The notes: generated by a model not told the origin, from the sequence alone. Counted from the stretch's first letter, positions 1 to 7,964 are shown. The stretch: 64,000 bases of DNA from a virus (IMGVR_UViG_3300044647_001578:1-64000); one strand, 5' to 3'. Numbers and translations are program-made.

Positions 1-1
1 T

Positions 2-127
2 GCTAATAGCGAAGAAGAAGCAATTGAGAAAATCAATGGACATCTTGATGACCTTGGTCAAGTAGAAAGTATTATTAAGTATGACTTAGGTTGGCCTGAG
101 ACATCTTGGGAATTGGAGGAACAGTAA
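2..127 (+). CDS. partial acidic hypothetical protein (5' end outside window)
   Basis: Open frame ANSEEEAIEK...WELEEQ*; stop overlaps next ATG (TAATG). Confidence 0.65.
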   Translation, partial: ANSEEEAIEKINGHLDDLGQVESIIKYDLGWPETSWELEEQ

Positions 128-309
128 TGCTAGGTTATACTGAATCCGATCTAAATAGAATGATTAATGCTATACACGATTCAAAGCTTTTTTATCTTAG
201 GACCCCGTCCGATTTAATGGACAAGGAGCCGTTGAGGAAAGACTTGGAAGACGCTGTTAGTTTCTTGCAAGGTCTATGGGCGGAGGGTTATTTTGACCAC
301 ACCGACTAA
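127..309 (+). CDS. hypothetical early protein
   Basis: ATG at 127 with GGAGGA upstream, coupled to previous stop; ORF track start 106 is probably too long. Confidence 0.7.
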   Translation: MLGYTESDLNRMINAIHDSKLFYLRTPSDLMDKEPLRKDLEDAVSFLQGLWAEGYFDHTD

Positions 310-484
310 GTCATCATACTTCTTGGAGTATATGAAGTTACATCTAATTAGTCTTAACCAGGACTTAGAGGGTGATTACAATGTTCAATCTAAGATTAAT
401 ATCCAGGGACAAATTATGGCAACCGAGCATTTATTGTCAGTGGCAACTGATATAATGAATAACTCTAACGAAAGGTATGAATAA
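293..484 (+). CDS. hypothetical early protein
   Basis: GGAGG RBS, overlapping gene chain. Confidence 0.65.
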   Translation: MTTPTKSSYFLEYMKLHLISLNQDLEGDYNVQSKINIQGQIMATEHLLSVATDIMNNSNERYE

Positions 485-687
485 TGGATATAACATCTAG
501 AGAAGTTACTTATCGTTCCGCCGTTGAACAAATATTTTTTGAGGACGGGACAGAATTGGTAATCACAGTCGGTGCTCCTGCCGAAGGCGGAGGAGACATC
601 GATATCGAATATAACTGGGTAGACGGAAAGCCTGATTGGGCAGACTACTTAGATGAATCAACACTAGTGAATTATGAGGTAATCTAA
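484..687 (+). CDS. acidic hypothetical protein
   Basis: TAATG coupling, D/E-rich. Confidence 0.7.
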   Translation: MDITSREVTYRSAVEQIFFEDGTELVITVGAPAEGGGDIDIEYNWVDGKPDWADYLDESTLVNYEVI

Positions 688-962
688 TGAATCAAGAAGA
701 CATTGGTCTACCACCACATTTACAAAGAATGGTAAATGCTGGAGTATCGGGCCTTGACATTATGCACGGAGAACTAAAGAATCTAATGCTCATTGCTGAG
801 CAAGACTTGGCAGACGCATTAGAACAAGAAACATTATCTGAAGAGGCAATGGATTCTATGGTCCGAACAGAATGTGAAGGGCGCCTAGATACCCTAGTAG
901 AACTATATAATCTAACATACCAACTATCATTTGCTATAGGAGAAAAGCAGGGGCAAAAATGA
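687..962 (+). CDS. acidic hypothetical protein
   Basis: TAATG coupling, GAGG RBS. Confidence 0.75.
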   Translation: MNQEDIGLPPHLQRMVNAGVSGLDIMHGELKNLMLIAEQDLADALEQETLSEEAMDSMVRTECEGRLDTLVELYNLTYQLSFAIGEKQGQK

Positions 963-1195
963 CTCATTATGAGCCAAGCTTGGAAATCCTGGAAATGGAA
1001 TACTCTTGCTCACCTGGAGGAGTAGATACATTTGAGGTCTATGATAAATCTGATATACCTTTATCTGTACCAATATATGAGACTGAATCTTTGACGGATG
1101 CTGTGCTCTACTGTTATAATTTAGGGAAAGACTTTACTGTCAAGACATTAGCGGAATGGAATGAAAGGGAGTTAGCATATGAAGCCAGCCGATAA
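959..1195 (+). CDS. acidic hypothetical protein
   Basis: ATGA overlap with previous gene. Confidence 0.7.
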   Translation: MTHYEPSLEILEMEYSCSPGGVDTFEVYDKSDIPLSVPIYETESLTDAVLYCYNLGKDFTVKTLAEWNERELAYEASR

Positions 1196-1496
1196 AGATA
1201 AACTCAACGAATGTTTAAAGATTCTTGATTCCACCGACCTTGGGTTATCCCTGGTTTGGTTGTGGACTTGGTCCACCATTAACAACATCTTTGAAGATGA
1301 GACCTACAAGCAGAACTGCACCATAGACGAGATGTGGGACCACCTCTGTGAGGCCGTGGAGGCGGGTATGGGCTTCTCCCTGGAATACGGGGCGGAACAG
1401 CACAATGATGATGTCCTTGAATGGATGATGAACCGTGAGTACATTGTAGACACAATGTTTGAGGAAGAGGAAGAGGACGAAGATGAGGATGACTGA
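1179..1496 (+). CDS. very acidic hypothetical protein (possible DNA mimic)
   Basis: GGGAG RBS; C-terminal tail EEEEEDEDEDD. Confidence 0.7.
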   Translation: MKPADKDKLNECLKILDSTDLGLSLVWLWTWSTINNIFEDETYKQNCTIDEMWDHLCEAVEAGMGFSLEYGAEQHNDDVLEWMMNREYIVDTMFEEEEEDEDEDD

Positions 1497-1629
1497 TCAG
1501 TACATCAATGATCAATTAAATACAGCACAAAAGCTTTTGTGGGGTGGATCCGAAACAGAAAATATTGAGGCCCATAACATCATTGCTAAATTAATTAAAG
1601 ATCGTATTGAGCAAGTAAATCTTTCGTAA
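1489..1629 (+). CDS. small hypothetical protein, 46 aa (not in ORF track)
   Basis: MTDQYINDQLNTAQKLLWGGS...EQVNLS*, overlaps previous stop. Confidence 0.55.
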   Translation: MTDQYINDQLNTAQKLLWGGSETENIEAHNIIAKLIKDRIEQVNLS

Positions 1630-1686
1630 GGGCAAAAATTTTGTCTTACGAGGGGTATTTACAATACCCCTGAAAACTGATATACT
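1630..1686 (+). promoter_or_regulatory. sigma70/HrdB-type promoter with upstream conserved motif and palindrome over the -35
   Basis: TTTACA(1658)-17 nt-TATACT(1681) with TGn extension; inverted repeat AGGGGTATT-TAC-AATACCCCT 1651-1671. Confidence 0.75.
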
Positions 1687-1716
1687 AAACAAAACATCTC
1701 TTGAAAGGGGATTCAA

Positions 1717-1866
1717 ATGACAACAAAGCGTGAATATCTAAAGCAGCAAGGCATCACAGTAGGTGTCCGTGGGCGCTTCTCAGGAGCAGCCAAGGTAGCT
1801 CTAGCGGAAGCTGTAGCCAAGGGCGTTACATTTACTGCAGAGACTCCAGCCAAGAAGGCTAAGTAA
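1717..1866 (+). CDS. Lsr2-like DNA-binding domain protein, 49 aa (not in ORF track)
   Basis: MTTKREYLKQQGITVGVRGRFSGAAKVALAEA follows the Lsr2 C-terminal R-E-aromatic...G...RGR pattern; RBS GAAAGGGG. Confidence 0.7.
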   Translation: MTTKREYLKQQGITVGVRGRFSGAAKVALAEAVAKGVTFTAETPAKKAK

Positions 1867-1874
1867 TCCAGGGT

Positions 1875-1926
1875 GGAGGTCGGGGCTTCGTTGGTCCTTG
1901 ACCTCCTCTCTTATTTTTGGTACAAT
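1875..1926 (+). terminator. intrinsic terminator overlapping the next promoter
   Basis: Hairpin GGAGGTCGGGG...CCTTGACCTCC then T-run; TTGACC(1898)-17-TACAAT(1921) embedded. Confidence 0.6.
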
Positions 1927-1951
1927 TGACAGTTAGGCGGAAGGCGGACGA

Positions 1952-2329
1952 ATGAGTAAAACACAAGAAATCAAAGTAGCAGAATCATTAGTTAATCTAA
2001 TGGATGACCATTGGTTTAATCCAACTATCTTTGGTCGATATCTGGCGGAACAGCCAATCTATACAATTGACCGAATTATGGAAATGGTTGCTTCGATAAT
2101 TTCTGAGCAAGCCAAGATGTATGATGTATATTCAAATCAAGGTACACATACAGAAGGTCTGATGTTAGCCAATGAACTAAATGAATGTATCAAAGCATAC
2201 CAGCAAGATAACAACTTAGTTAATCTTAAGTTGCCGTCCCGTTCTTACAAAGTAAAACGGGAGGAACCAGCAGAAAGAACATATCAATTTGGATGGCGGG
2301 AAGAGAAAGATCCATTCAGTCAACCATAA
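1952..2329 (+). CDS. hypothetical protein
   Basis: 125-aa ORF directly after its own promoter. Confidence 0.75.
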   Translation: MSKTQEIKVAESLVNLMDDHWFNPTIFGRYLAEQPIYTIDRIMEMVASIISEQAKMYDVYSNQGTHTEGLMLANELNECIKAYQQDNNLVNLKLPSRSYKVKREEPAERTYQFGWREEKDPFSQP

Positions 2330-2387
2330 GGCATATACAATGAATAGATGAATGCCTGTCTATATAGATAAACATATGTAGGCCAAA

Positions 2388-2420
2388 TTATCCACAGGGT
2401 TATCCACATCCTGTGGATTT
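2388..2420. promoter_or_regulatory. DnaA-box cluster
   Basis: Perfect TTATCCACA at 2388-2396 and 2400-2408; degenerate inverted copy TGTGGATTT 2412-2420. Confidence 0.6.
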
Positions 2421-2439
2421 TTTGTATGTGTGGGCATGT

Positions 2440-2552
2440 GGGCCAAATTTTCTATTTACGATACATGATCCAAACCCCTGAAAGTTTATAGCTTGTGGGC
2501 AAATTTTTCTATTTACGAAGGCCTTGACAAAATCCCTGAAATTTGCTACACA
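2440..2552 (+). repeat. two tandem ~57-bp copies of the promoter cassette seen at 1630
   Basis: GGGC at 2440 and 2497, TTACG at offset +16 in all three copies, CCCTGAAA at offsets +36 to +38; second copy has TTGACA-17-TACACA. Confidence 0.7.
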
Positions 2553-2784
2553 ATATGTCTATATGATTAATTATACATATAGAATGTCGACAAATGTGTA
2601 GAGAATATGGCAAAATAGATCAAAATTCCTCAAGAAATCTCTTGACAAATATGGATCAATATGCTGGTATATATGTCCGAATTGTCCTATTGACATTACG
2701 TTAAGTATATGGGATGCTCAATTACATATGTATGTTTAACTATATATAACTATAGTATATGATATGCTATCTATAGTATAAATT

Positions 2785-2811
2785 CTCCACTATGCTCCAC
2801 TTTACTCCACT
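2785..2811. repeat. three CTCCACT direct repeats at 10-bp period
   Basis: Copies start at 2785, 2795 and 2805. Confidence 0.75.
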
Positions 2812-2884
2812 ATATAAGCCTTAGAAGGGCTATAGGAGACTGGAGAAATGGGAGGGGGATATAGGAGTTAGCTCCTATTTTGCT

Positions 2885-3067
2885 CTATTTACAGCTGACG
2901 CAGTAATATGGAGCACGAAGGTTTTCTGGAGCAGTGTATCCAGATCGAGCACATTTAGCACATGTAGCCTTAATTAGATTAGATTGCTCTATATCAAAGG
3001 TAAATGATCTTGTGTAATATAGTTTAGTTAGATACCATGTAATGGCTATGGCTAGTATTGTTATCAT
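2885..3067 (-). CDS. small membrane-anchored Zn-ribbon protein
   Basis: N-terminal hydrophobic helix, CxxC...CxxC; TATAAT 6 nt before ATG. Confidence 0.65.
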   Translation of the reverse strand: MITILAIAITWYLTKLYYTRSFTFDIEQSNLIKATCAKCARSGYTAPENLRAPYYCVSCK

Positions 3068-3108
3068 ACATCTATTATACCACCGCTAAATAATCTTAGT
3101 CAACTAGA

Positions 3109-3615
3109 TTATAACACCTTTGCACTTTTAATTACATTACATCTTCCGTGTGCTGGTCTAACATTATCTAAGTTATCTGGGCCACCTTTTGATAAAGGGT
3201 ATAGGTGATCTATATGCAAGCCATTATCCCATCCAGGATTACCACACTTTCTTGGGGCAGATAAATCTATTGGGGTTTGGCAGATATGGCATAAATTCCC
3301 ATACTTATCTAGAACCTGCTTCTCAGAGTAAGGTGCATGTGCATTGTTTCTTTTTAAAGCTTCACGCTTTCTATTTTTCTTTCTTCCCCATTCATTTACT
3401 TTATCTGGGTTGGATTTTTTATATTTTTGCTCATGAACTCTTTTTTTATCTCTATTTTCTTTATCATATTTTTTGCTGGTTTGTCTACTTTTTTCTGGAT
3501 TTGCTCTATGGTAGGCAGCATTATAAATAGACCTACATGGCTTGCAATAGCTACCATTTATTGATTCAGCAACCTTGCATGAACTACAAATTTTCATCAA
3601 GCCCCATAGGATCAC
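3109..3615 (-). CDS. HNH endonuclease
   Basis: CHIC...HIDHLYPLSKGG..N..N...AH..CN motif; N-terminal CxxC pairs. Confidence 0.9.
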   Translation of the reverse strand: MILWGLMKICSSCKVAESINGSYCKPCRSIYNAAYHRANPEKSRQTSKKYDKENRDKKRVHEQKYKKSNPDKVNEWGRKKNRKREALKRNNAHAPYSEKQVLDKYGNLCHICQTPIDLSAPRKCGNPGWDNGLHIDHLYPLSKGGPDNLDNVRPAHGRCNVIKSAKVL

Positions 3616-3870
3616 TCATTCATTTAGTGTATCATATCTCTCTGGGTCTGACAATATCTCTTCTTCTAAACCTTCTGGTATATTATATCCTAATTGTCTA
3701 TGTTGTCTGATATGTTCGATTAGCTGATCATCGTTAGTTATTTTCTCAGATAATCCAAATAATGAATATTCATCTAAGTTTTCATTTAGCCAACAGGCAC
3801 AACACTCTATATATCCTTCAACGTGAGCATATATGTATATGTCTGAGTCGAAGAATCTAGAGTATGCCAT
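3616..3870 (-). CDS. hypothetical protein
   Basis: Coupled ORF with CCAC and HxxxH. Confidence 0.7.
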   Translation of the reverse strand: MAYSRFFDSDIYIYAHVEGYIECCACWLNENLDEYSLFGLSEKITNDDQLIEHIRQHRQLGYNIPEGLEEEILSDPERYDTLNE

Positions 3871-4097
3871 TAGATGTGTAGTTTGTTTACAGGCTCTTTA
3901 GACCAGTGTATGTATGATCTAATATAGACTATTCCGTATGCCACCGCTGCAAATATGAATCCGTATTGCTTAGTTGTTATAGCATAAATGATCCATAGAC
4001 ACTCATTAAATAATAATAGGAACCAGGCCCATATGGACTTACGCCCTACAAAGTATATTCCTGTTACGCCAATAGCTGCTAGTACATAGGACCACAT
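3870..4097 (-). CDS. PnuC-like small membrane protein
   Basis: Three TM helices with RK-x-x-AW and W..Y pattern of half-size phage PnuC-like proteins. Confidence 0.55.
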   Translation of the reverse strand: MWSYVLAAIGVTGIYFVGRKSIWAWFLLLFNECLWIIYAITTKQYGFIFAAVAYGIVYIRSYIHWSKEPVNKLHI

Positions 4098-4189
4098 TAC
4101 AGCTCTTCCTTGTCTATGTCCTCAGCTAGATCTAAGTCTTTGATATCTCCTAATTCGAGATATGCTTCTAGGTTATCTAGGATACCCAT
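4097..4189 (-). CDS. 30-aa acidic micro-protein (not in ORF track)
   Basis: MGILDNLEAYLELGDIKDLDLAEDIDKEEL*, fills the gap and is coupled to the downstream gene. Confidence 0.5.
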   Translation of the reverse strand: MGILDNLEAYLELGDIKDLDLAEDIDKEEL

Positions 4190-4190
4190 A

Positions 4191-4412
4191 TTACTTATTT
4201 CTTGGTATTAGTGTTTGTGGGCCTTCTGTGCCAAATAGGGACTTCTTAATAGGTACGCAGTTAGGAACTCTCTTGCCGTTCTTATCCTTCATTCCTACCT
4301 GCTTGTAGCCGCTCCAACAAGCTTTTTCCATATTGTCCCATTTGTCTTCATCTGGGTTGTCTGATTCATAGCCCTTTGAGATTTCTTCGTCATTCAATTC
4401 AATGTTATCCAT
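4191..4412 (-). CDS. hypothetical protein with CWxGY...VPNCVP motif
   Basis: CWSGYKQVGMKDKNGKRVPNCVP; leaderless-type promoter. Confidence 0.7.
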   Translation of the reverse strand: MDNIELNDEEISKGYESDNPDEDKWDNMEKACWSGYKQVGMKDKNGKRVPNCVPIKKSLFGTEGPQTLIPRNK

Positions 4413-4494
4413 ACTCTTATTATATCATAGAATGCGTCAACGTAGTTGACTAAAAAGTCTCTACCGCCGCCGATTTCACTAATTGGGACCTATA

Positions 4495-5040
4495 TTACTT
4501 ATGACGTAAGAATAATTGTGTAGTTATTCTTCTACCACTTAATACTGATTCTACTGCATGTAATGTATTAGAATCAAATACTACTATGTCACCTGCTTCT
4601 GGTTTAATCTTTTTATTTAAATCTACAAAAGTTAAATTGCCACCCTCAAAATCACCAGTAAGATACATGACAAGAGAAATGTCTGGGGTTATTTTTTCGC
4701 CATTTACTTCCCAGCCGTCAGTGTGTGGACCCATTGGCCCCATTGGGGTCTCCCATTTAAAAATTCTATAATGATTATATATTCTTTTGTAATCATCTGT
4801 CAATCTGTTAGTTTTTTCTAAAAATATATCTACTGCTTTAAGCATTGCCGAATTAATAATATCGTACCCATAGTCCTCTTCAAAGATGCTAACCCCGTAA
4901 CCAAGCTTTTCTCCATTTGCACGAAAATCTTCATCCCACTCCATACTTTGAGTTGACAATAAGAATGGCTCAACGTCATCTAAACAGTTTCTAATAAGAA
5001 TTCCTTGTGTGCCTAAAGTTTCAATAGGATCAAACTTCAT
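4495..5040 (-). CDS. 2OG-Fe(II) oxygenase, prolyl-4-hydroxylase-like (copy 1)
   Basis: HTD...YL..DFEGG...H-A-V...R. Confidence 0.85.
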   Translation of the reverse strand: MKFDPIETLGTQGILIRNCLDDVEPFLLSTQSMEWDEDFRANGEKLGYGVSIFEEDYGYDIINSAMLKAVDIFLEKTNRLTDDYKRIYNHYRIFKWETPMGPMGPHTDGWEVNGEKITPDISLVMYLTGDFEGGNLTFVDLNKKIKPEAGDIVVFDSNTLHAVESVLSGRRITTQLFLRHK

Positions 5041-5594
5041 TATTGCGCCTCATCAATGTGATTATAGAATAGGATTATGTTGCTTCTTTCACCATCAAGG
5101 ACTTCATTTACTGAGTGTGGGTGGTTTTCGTCACCTTTAAAATAGATTAATGTTCCTGCTGTCGGTTTATAAGAAACACTGTCCTTTTTGGAGCCAGAGT
5201 TATCGTTATAAAATACTATTTCACCGCCTTCATAATCATCTGTCAGGTAAAGCAAAGCTGAGTAGTAGGTGTTGGTGTATCCTTCAACTCCGCCATATGC
5301 GTCAGTATGCCAACCAAGACTTTCTCCCTTTTGAAGGATCTGATAGTTCATTCTATCTAACTCTATTTGATTGTTTTTAAATCCAAATTGATTTGATATA
5401 GAATTTTCTATTCTATTAATTAGATCTTGAACGACATAGCTTTCTTCGGTGCCCTCTTCGTTAAGCCTTATTGGCTTTAGGTAAACGTTTAATAGTCCTC
5501 TTGGATTCATCTCTGATCTAGACTTTAAGTATGCGTTTAAATACTTAGCTGTTTGAGGCGAAATAAAGTTTTCTAAAACATTAGGCTGTGACAT
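5040..5594 (-). CDS. 2OG-Fe(II) oxygenase (copy 2)
   Basis: HTD...YLTDDYEGG...H-S-V...R. Confidence 0.85.
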   Translation of the reverse strand: MSQPNVLENFISPQTAKYLNAYLKSRSEMNPRGLLNVYLKPIRLNEEGTEESYVVQDLINRIENSISNQFGFKNNQIELDRMNYQILQKGESLGWHTDAYGGVEGYTNTYYSALLYLTDDYEGGEIVFYNDNSGSKKDSVSYKPTAGTLIYFKGDENHPHSVNEVLDGERSNIILFYNHIDEAQ

Positions 5595-6064
5595 TAGACG
5601 GCAACACCAAGCAAAGACTTAATAAATGGCTCAAAAGTATCAGATGTTTCATCTGGTGATAAGCCCGTTATCCTTCCAAGCCTGCCAACTACAAATTTAT
5701 CAAAGTTCCACGGGACCTCTCTATCAGCTGCTTCTGTCAAAAGCTTATAGATTGGATGAGCATTTTCTCCTCTAACATCCACTTTCTCTGACATTAAAAA
5801 GGTTACATTGTAGTTTGTAGTACAAAAATCTTTAATCTCTTCGTTAGTTCCTGGCTCTTGGCTATTAAATTGATTACACGGGAAACCGATGATAACCAAT
5901 CCTTCATCCTTGTACTTTTCATGTAGCCTCTGCAGGTCTTCGTATTGTTTTGTAAAGCCACACTTACTTGCAGTGTTAACTATAAGTAGCACCTTACCCT
6001 TAAAGCTTTCCATTTTTACGATATTGTTATCTATATCTGTAAAACTAAGATCATACAATGACAT
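5594..6064 (-). CDS. glutathione peroxidase family protein (Cys-type)
   Basis: VNTASKCGFT, GFPCNQF, WNFDKF; ATG 6064 with AAGGA RBS; in-frame upstream ATG at 6184 adds a C2H2-like segment. Confidence 0.92.
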   Translation of the reverse strand: MSLYDLSFTDIDNNIVKMESFKGKVLLIVNTASKCGFTKQYEDLQRLHEKYKDEGLVIIGFPCNQFNSQEPGTNEEIKDFCTTNYNVTFLMSEKVDVRGENAHPIYKLLTEAADREVPWNFDKFVVGRLGRITGLSPDETSDTFEPFIKSLLGVAV

Positions 6065-6176
6065 TTTTTTATCCTTTATCTCGTGGTACTGTATATGGTA
6101 ATCTCTTAGTTGGTAAGAGACTGCACAATAACAAATTGGGCAATTTGTTATCCATTCCGATTTGTCTGACCAGCCT

Positions 6177-6413
6177 TTAGTCATTAGCTTCAGGTGAAGG
6201 AATCGGACCTTCATTGTTGGTTTCGGAAACCACTCTACGACCATTATAGGAACCTGAACTGTCTTTGGGGACAATTCGCTTAATTTCATATAAACAGTCT
6301 GGGCATTCGCCCTTGTACAACCATTTACCTGAATCTAAGACAACCATCTCGGTTAGCCTTCCGTCTACGTTTTTATTACAAATAACGCAGAAAGCACTCA
6401 GCCTTACTGTCAA
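6177..6413 (-). CDS. Zn-ribbon protein whose 3' end runs through the tRNA
   Basis: CVIC...GECPDC. Confidence 0.6.
   Translation of the reverse strand: MTVRLSAFCVICNKNVDGRLTEMVVLDSGKWLYKGECPDCLYEIKRIVPKDSSGSYNGRRVVSETNNEGPIPSPEAND
6188..6258 (-). tRNA. tRNA-Arg(CCG), atypical
   Basis: Cloverleaf: acceptor TTCAGGT/ACCTGAA, D arm CTAT-AATGGTC-GTAG, anticodon loop TTCCGAA, T arm GAAGG-TCCGATT-CCTTC. Confidence 0.7.
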
Positions 6414-6679
6414 TGAGCATCCGCTTCACGAAGCCATTGATCTTCCCATAATCCGATCAAAGATTTGTTTCCAATATCATCAAAGTAATAACGCTTGGCG
6501 TTACTATTATATGTCCAACCATACCACATATCGCCTTCAGACCATGTTAGATTAGTTGGACCTTCTTTTTCGTATTCCCACAAAGATCTATCTACAGATT
6601 GATATAATCTTACTTCATCAAACACTGCTTTGCGAAGTGGATCCCACCTAAATATTCTATTAACTAACCAATCAATCAT
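6410..6679 (-). CDS. hypothetical protein
   Basis: Probable start MIDWL at 6679, overlapping upstream gene end. Confidence 0.65.
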   Translation of the reverse strand: MIDWLVNRIFRWDPLRKAVFDEVRLYQSVDRSLWEYEKEGPTNLTWSEGDMWYGWTYNSNAKRYYFDDIGNKSLIGLWEDQWLREADAH

Positions 6680-6824
6680 TCTTATTCCATTTCTCCCAAT
6701 ACGCAACTCCGTCTTTATCACGGTCATTCCATTCTTCCCCGCTCATGTCAATATCTTTTAACATATCTTCTATGACCAGTTTAAGACGCATAGACCTATC
6801 TAAACCATCATTCATCTTGGACAT
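6672..6824 (-). CDS. small hypothetical protein
   Basis: MSKMNDG... with AAGGA RBS. Confidence 0.55.
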   Translation of the reverse strand: MSKMNDGLDRSMRLKLVIEDMLKDIDMSGEEWNDRDKDGVAYWEKWNKND

Positions 6825-6900
6825 CTGGATCCTTTTCCCATGTAAGTTTTCCATCTTTGTAAACTGGCCAATACCCTAACGAACGCCAGTCCATCTTCAT
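6808..6900 (-). CDS. 30-aa micro-protein (not in ORF track)
   Basis: MKMDWRSLGYWPVYKDGKLTWEKDPDVQDE*. Confidence 0.45.
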   Translation of the reverse strand: MKMDWRSLGYWPVYKDGKLTWEKDPDVQDE

Positions 6901-6904
6901 TATT

Positions 6905-7060
6905 TTAGGCTCTTTCATTAGAGATAATTCTCATCTGCTCCATAATTAATGCTTGCTTTCTTTCAAATGCACTAGATTGAGGCTTGGAGGCCAGCCTTTT
7001 TAAATTTTTCTTTTGGCGCTTTATTCCAGCCTGGGACTTTGCTACATTATTTTTTTTCAT
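6905..7060 (-). CDS. 51-aa basic protein (not in ORF track)
   Basis: MKKNNVAKSQAGIKRQKK...; TTGACT-17-TATACT-6 nt-ATG. Confidence 0.6.
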   Translation of the reverse strand: MKKNNVAKSQAGIKRQKKNLKRLASKPQSSAFERKQALIMEQMRIISNERA

Positions 7061-7097
7061 ATAGCTAGTATACTATATTAATTCAGGCCAGTCAATA

Positions 7098-7217
7098 CTA
7101 GCTTGAGTAGTAATTTGTTGCGTGTTTTTTACAAACACTTATTATTGTAGCCCCTACCTGATCCCAATATAAACTTGGCTTATCACAGTAGTAGCACTTA
7201 TCATTATCTGAACTCAT
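7098..7217 (-). CDS. 39-aa Cys-rich micro-protein (not in ORF track)
   Basis: CYYC...VCKKH; AGGGGG RBS. Confidence 0.55.
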   Translation of the reverse strand: MSSDNDKCYYCDKPSLYWDQVGATIISVCKKHATNYYSS

Positions 7218-7246
7218 ATCTACCCCCTGCTATCTAATCTATTATA

Positions 7247-7837
7247 CTACATCCACAGTTTATCGTATGAATCGTATGCTCTTTCATAAACATATGTTTG
7301 GGTCATATATCTTTTTCCAGAACTCATTTCAAGAACTGAATGTATCTTTTCGCTTGGGAATATTATAATAGACCCAGCCTTTGGCTTAATGCATATACCA
7401 TCGTTTGGGAAATCTATCTCCCCGCCGATATAGTCGTCATTTAAATAGAATAAAATGGTTAGAGTTGGTCGGACGGGATTGCCGTTGTCCTGCACGTAGC
7501 TATATGCGTCGTTGTGTGGTGCTAACTTAGTTCCAGGGTTATACTCTCTAAATAACCACTTGCCGCTGTCTATGTTTTCTATTGGTAGGCTGTTAGAGTA
7601 CTCGATCAGACACTTTTGATATAAATCAAGAATTACTGGGTACAATCTTTCTTCTGGCCATACGCTAGTAGATCTACCTTTAATTGTGTAATCTTCAATA
7701 CCTGGTCCTGACCCACCTTTATTGGTGTACTCAACCCAGTTATCTTTTAACAAAACCTCTTCAAGAATTTTTGCTGGATCTTCTACAACACCCTGCCATT
7801 CCCAAATTAAATTATCTCTTTTAATTAAATTAATCAT
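7247..7837 (-). CDS. 2OG-Fe(II) oxygenase (copy 3)
   Basis: HND...YLNDDYIGG...H-S-V...KR. Confidence 0.85.
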   Translation of the reverse strand: MINLIKRDNLIWEWQGVVEDPAKILEEVLLKDNWVEYTNKGGSGPGIEDYTIKGRSTSVWPEERLYPVILDLYQKCLIEYSNSLPIENIDSGKWLFREYNPGTKLAPHNDAYSYVQDNGNPVRPTLTILFYLNDDYIGGEIDFPNDGICIKPKAGSIIIFPSEKIHSVLEMSSGKRYMTQTYVYERAYDSYDKLWM

Positions 7838-7964
7838 CTTGACCCTTCACTGCAAACATTGTCTCGCATTTAGTGCAGACATCGTAGTCTATTCTTGTAA
7901 ATGGACAAAACCCAGCATGCTGAATCTTATGTCCAAACATCTTGCATAGCAATTTCTTTATCAT
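7830..7964 (-). CDS. 44-aa protein with C-x-x-FGH...CxxC motif (not in ORF track)
   Basis: MIKKLLCKMFGHK...CTKC; overlaps both neighbours. Confidence 0.55.
   Translation of the reverse strand: MIKKLLCKMFGHKIQHAGFCPFTRIDYDVCTKCETMFAVKGQDD

Noticed and set aside
5955-5975. Selenocysteine in glutathione peroxidase
   Set aside because: The active-site codon is TGT (Cys), with no in-frame TGA.
6185-6289. ORF-track N-terminal extensions of GPx (to 6289) and of oxygenase 4 (to 23772)
   Set aside because: Both extensions run through tRNA genes, and better starts exist downstream.
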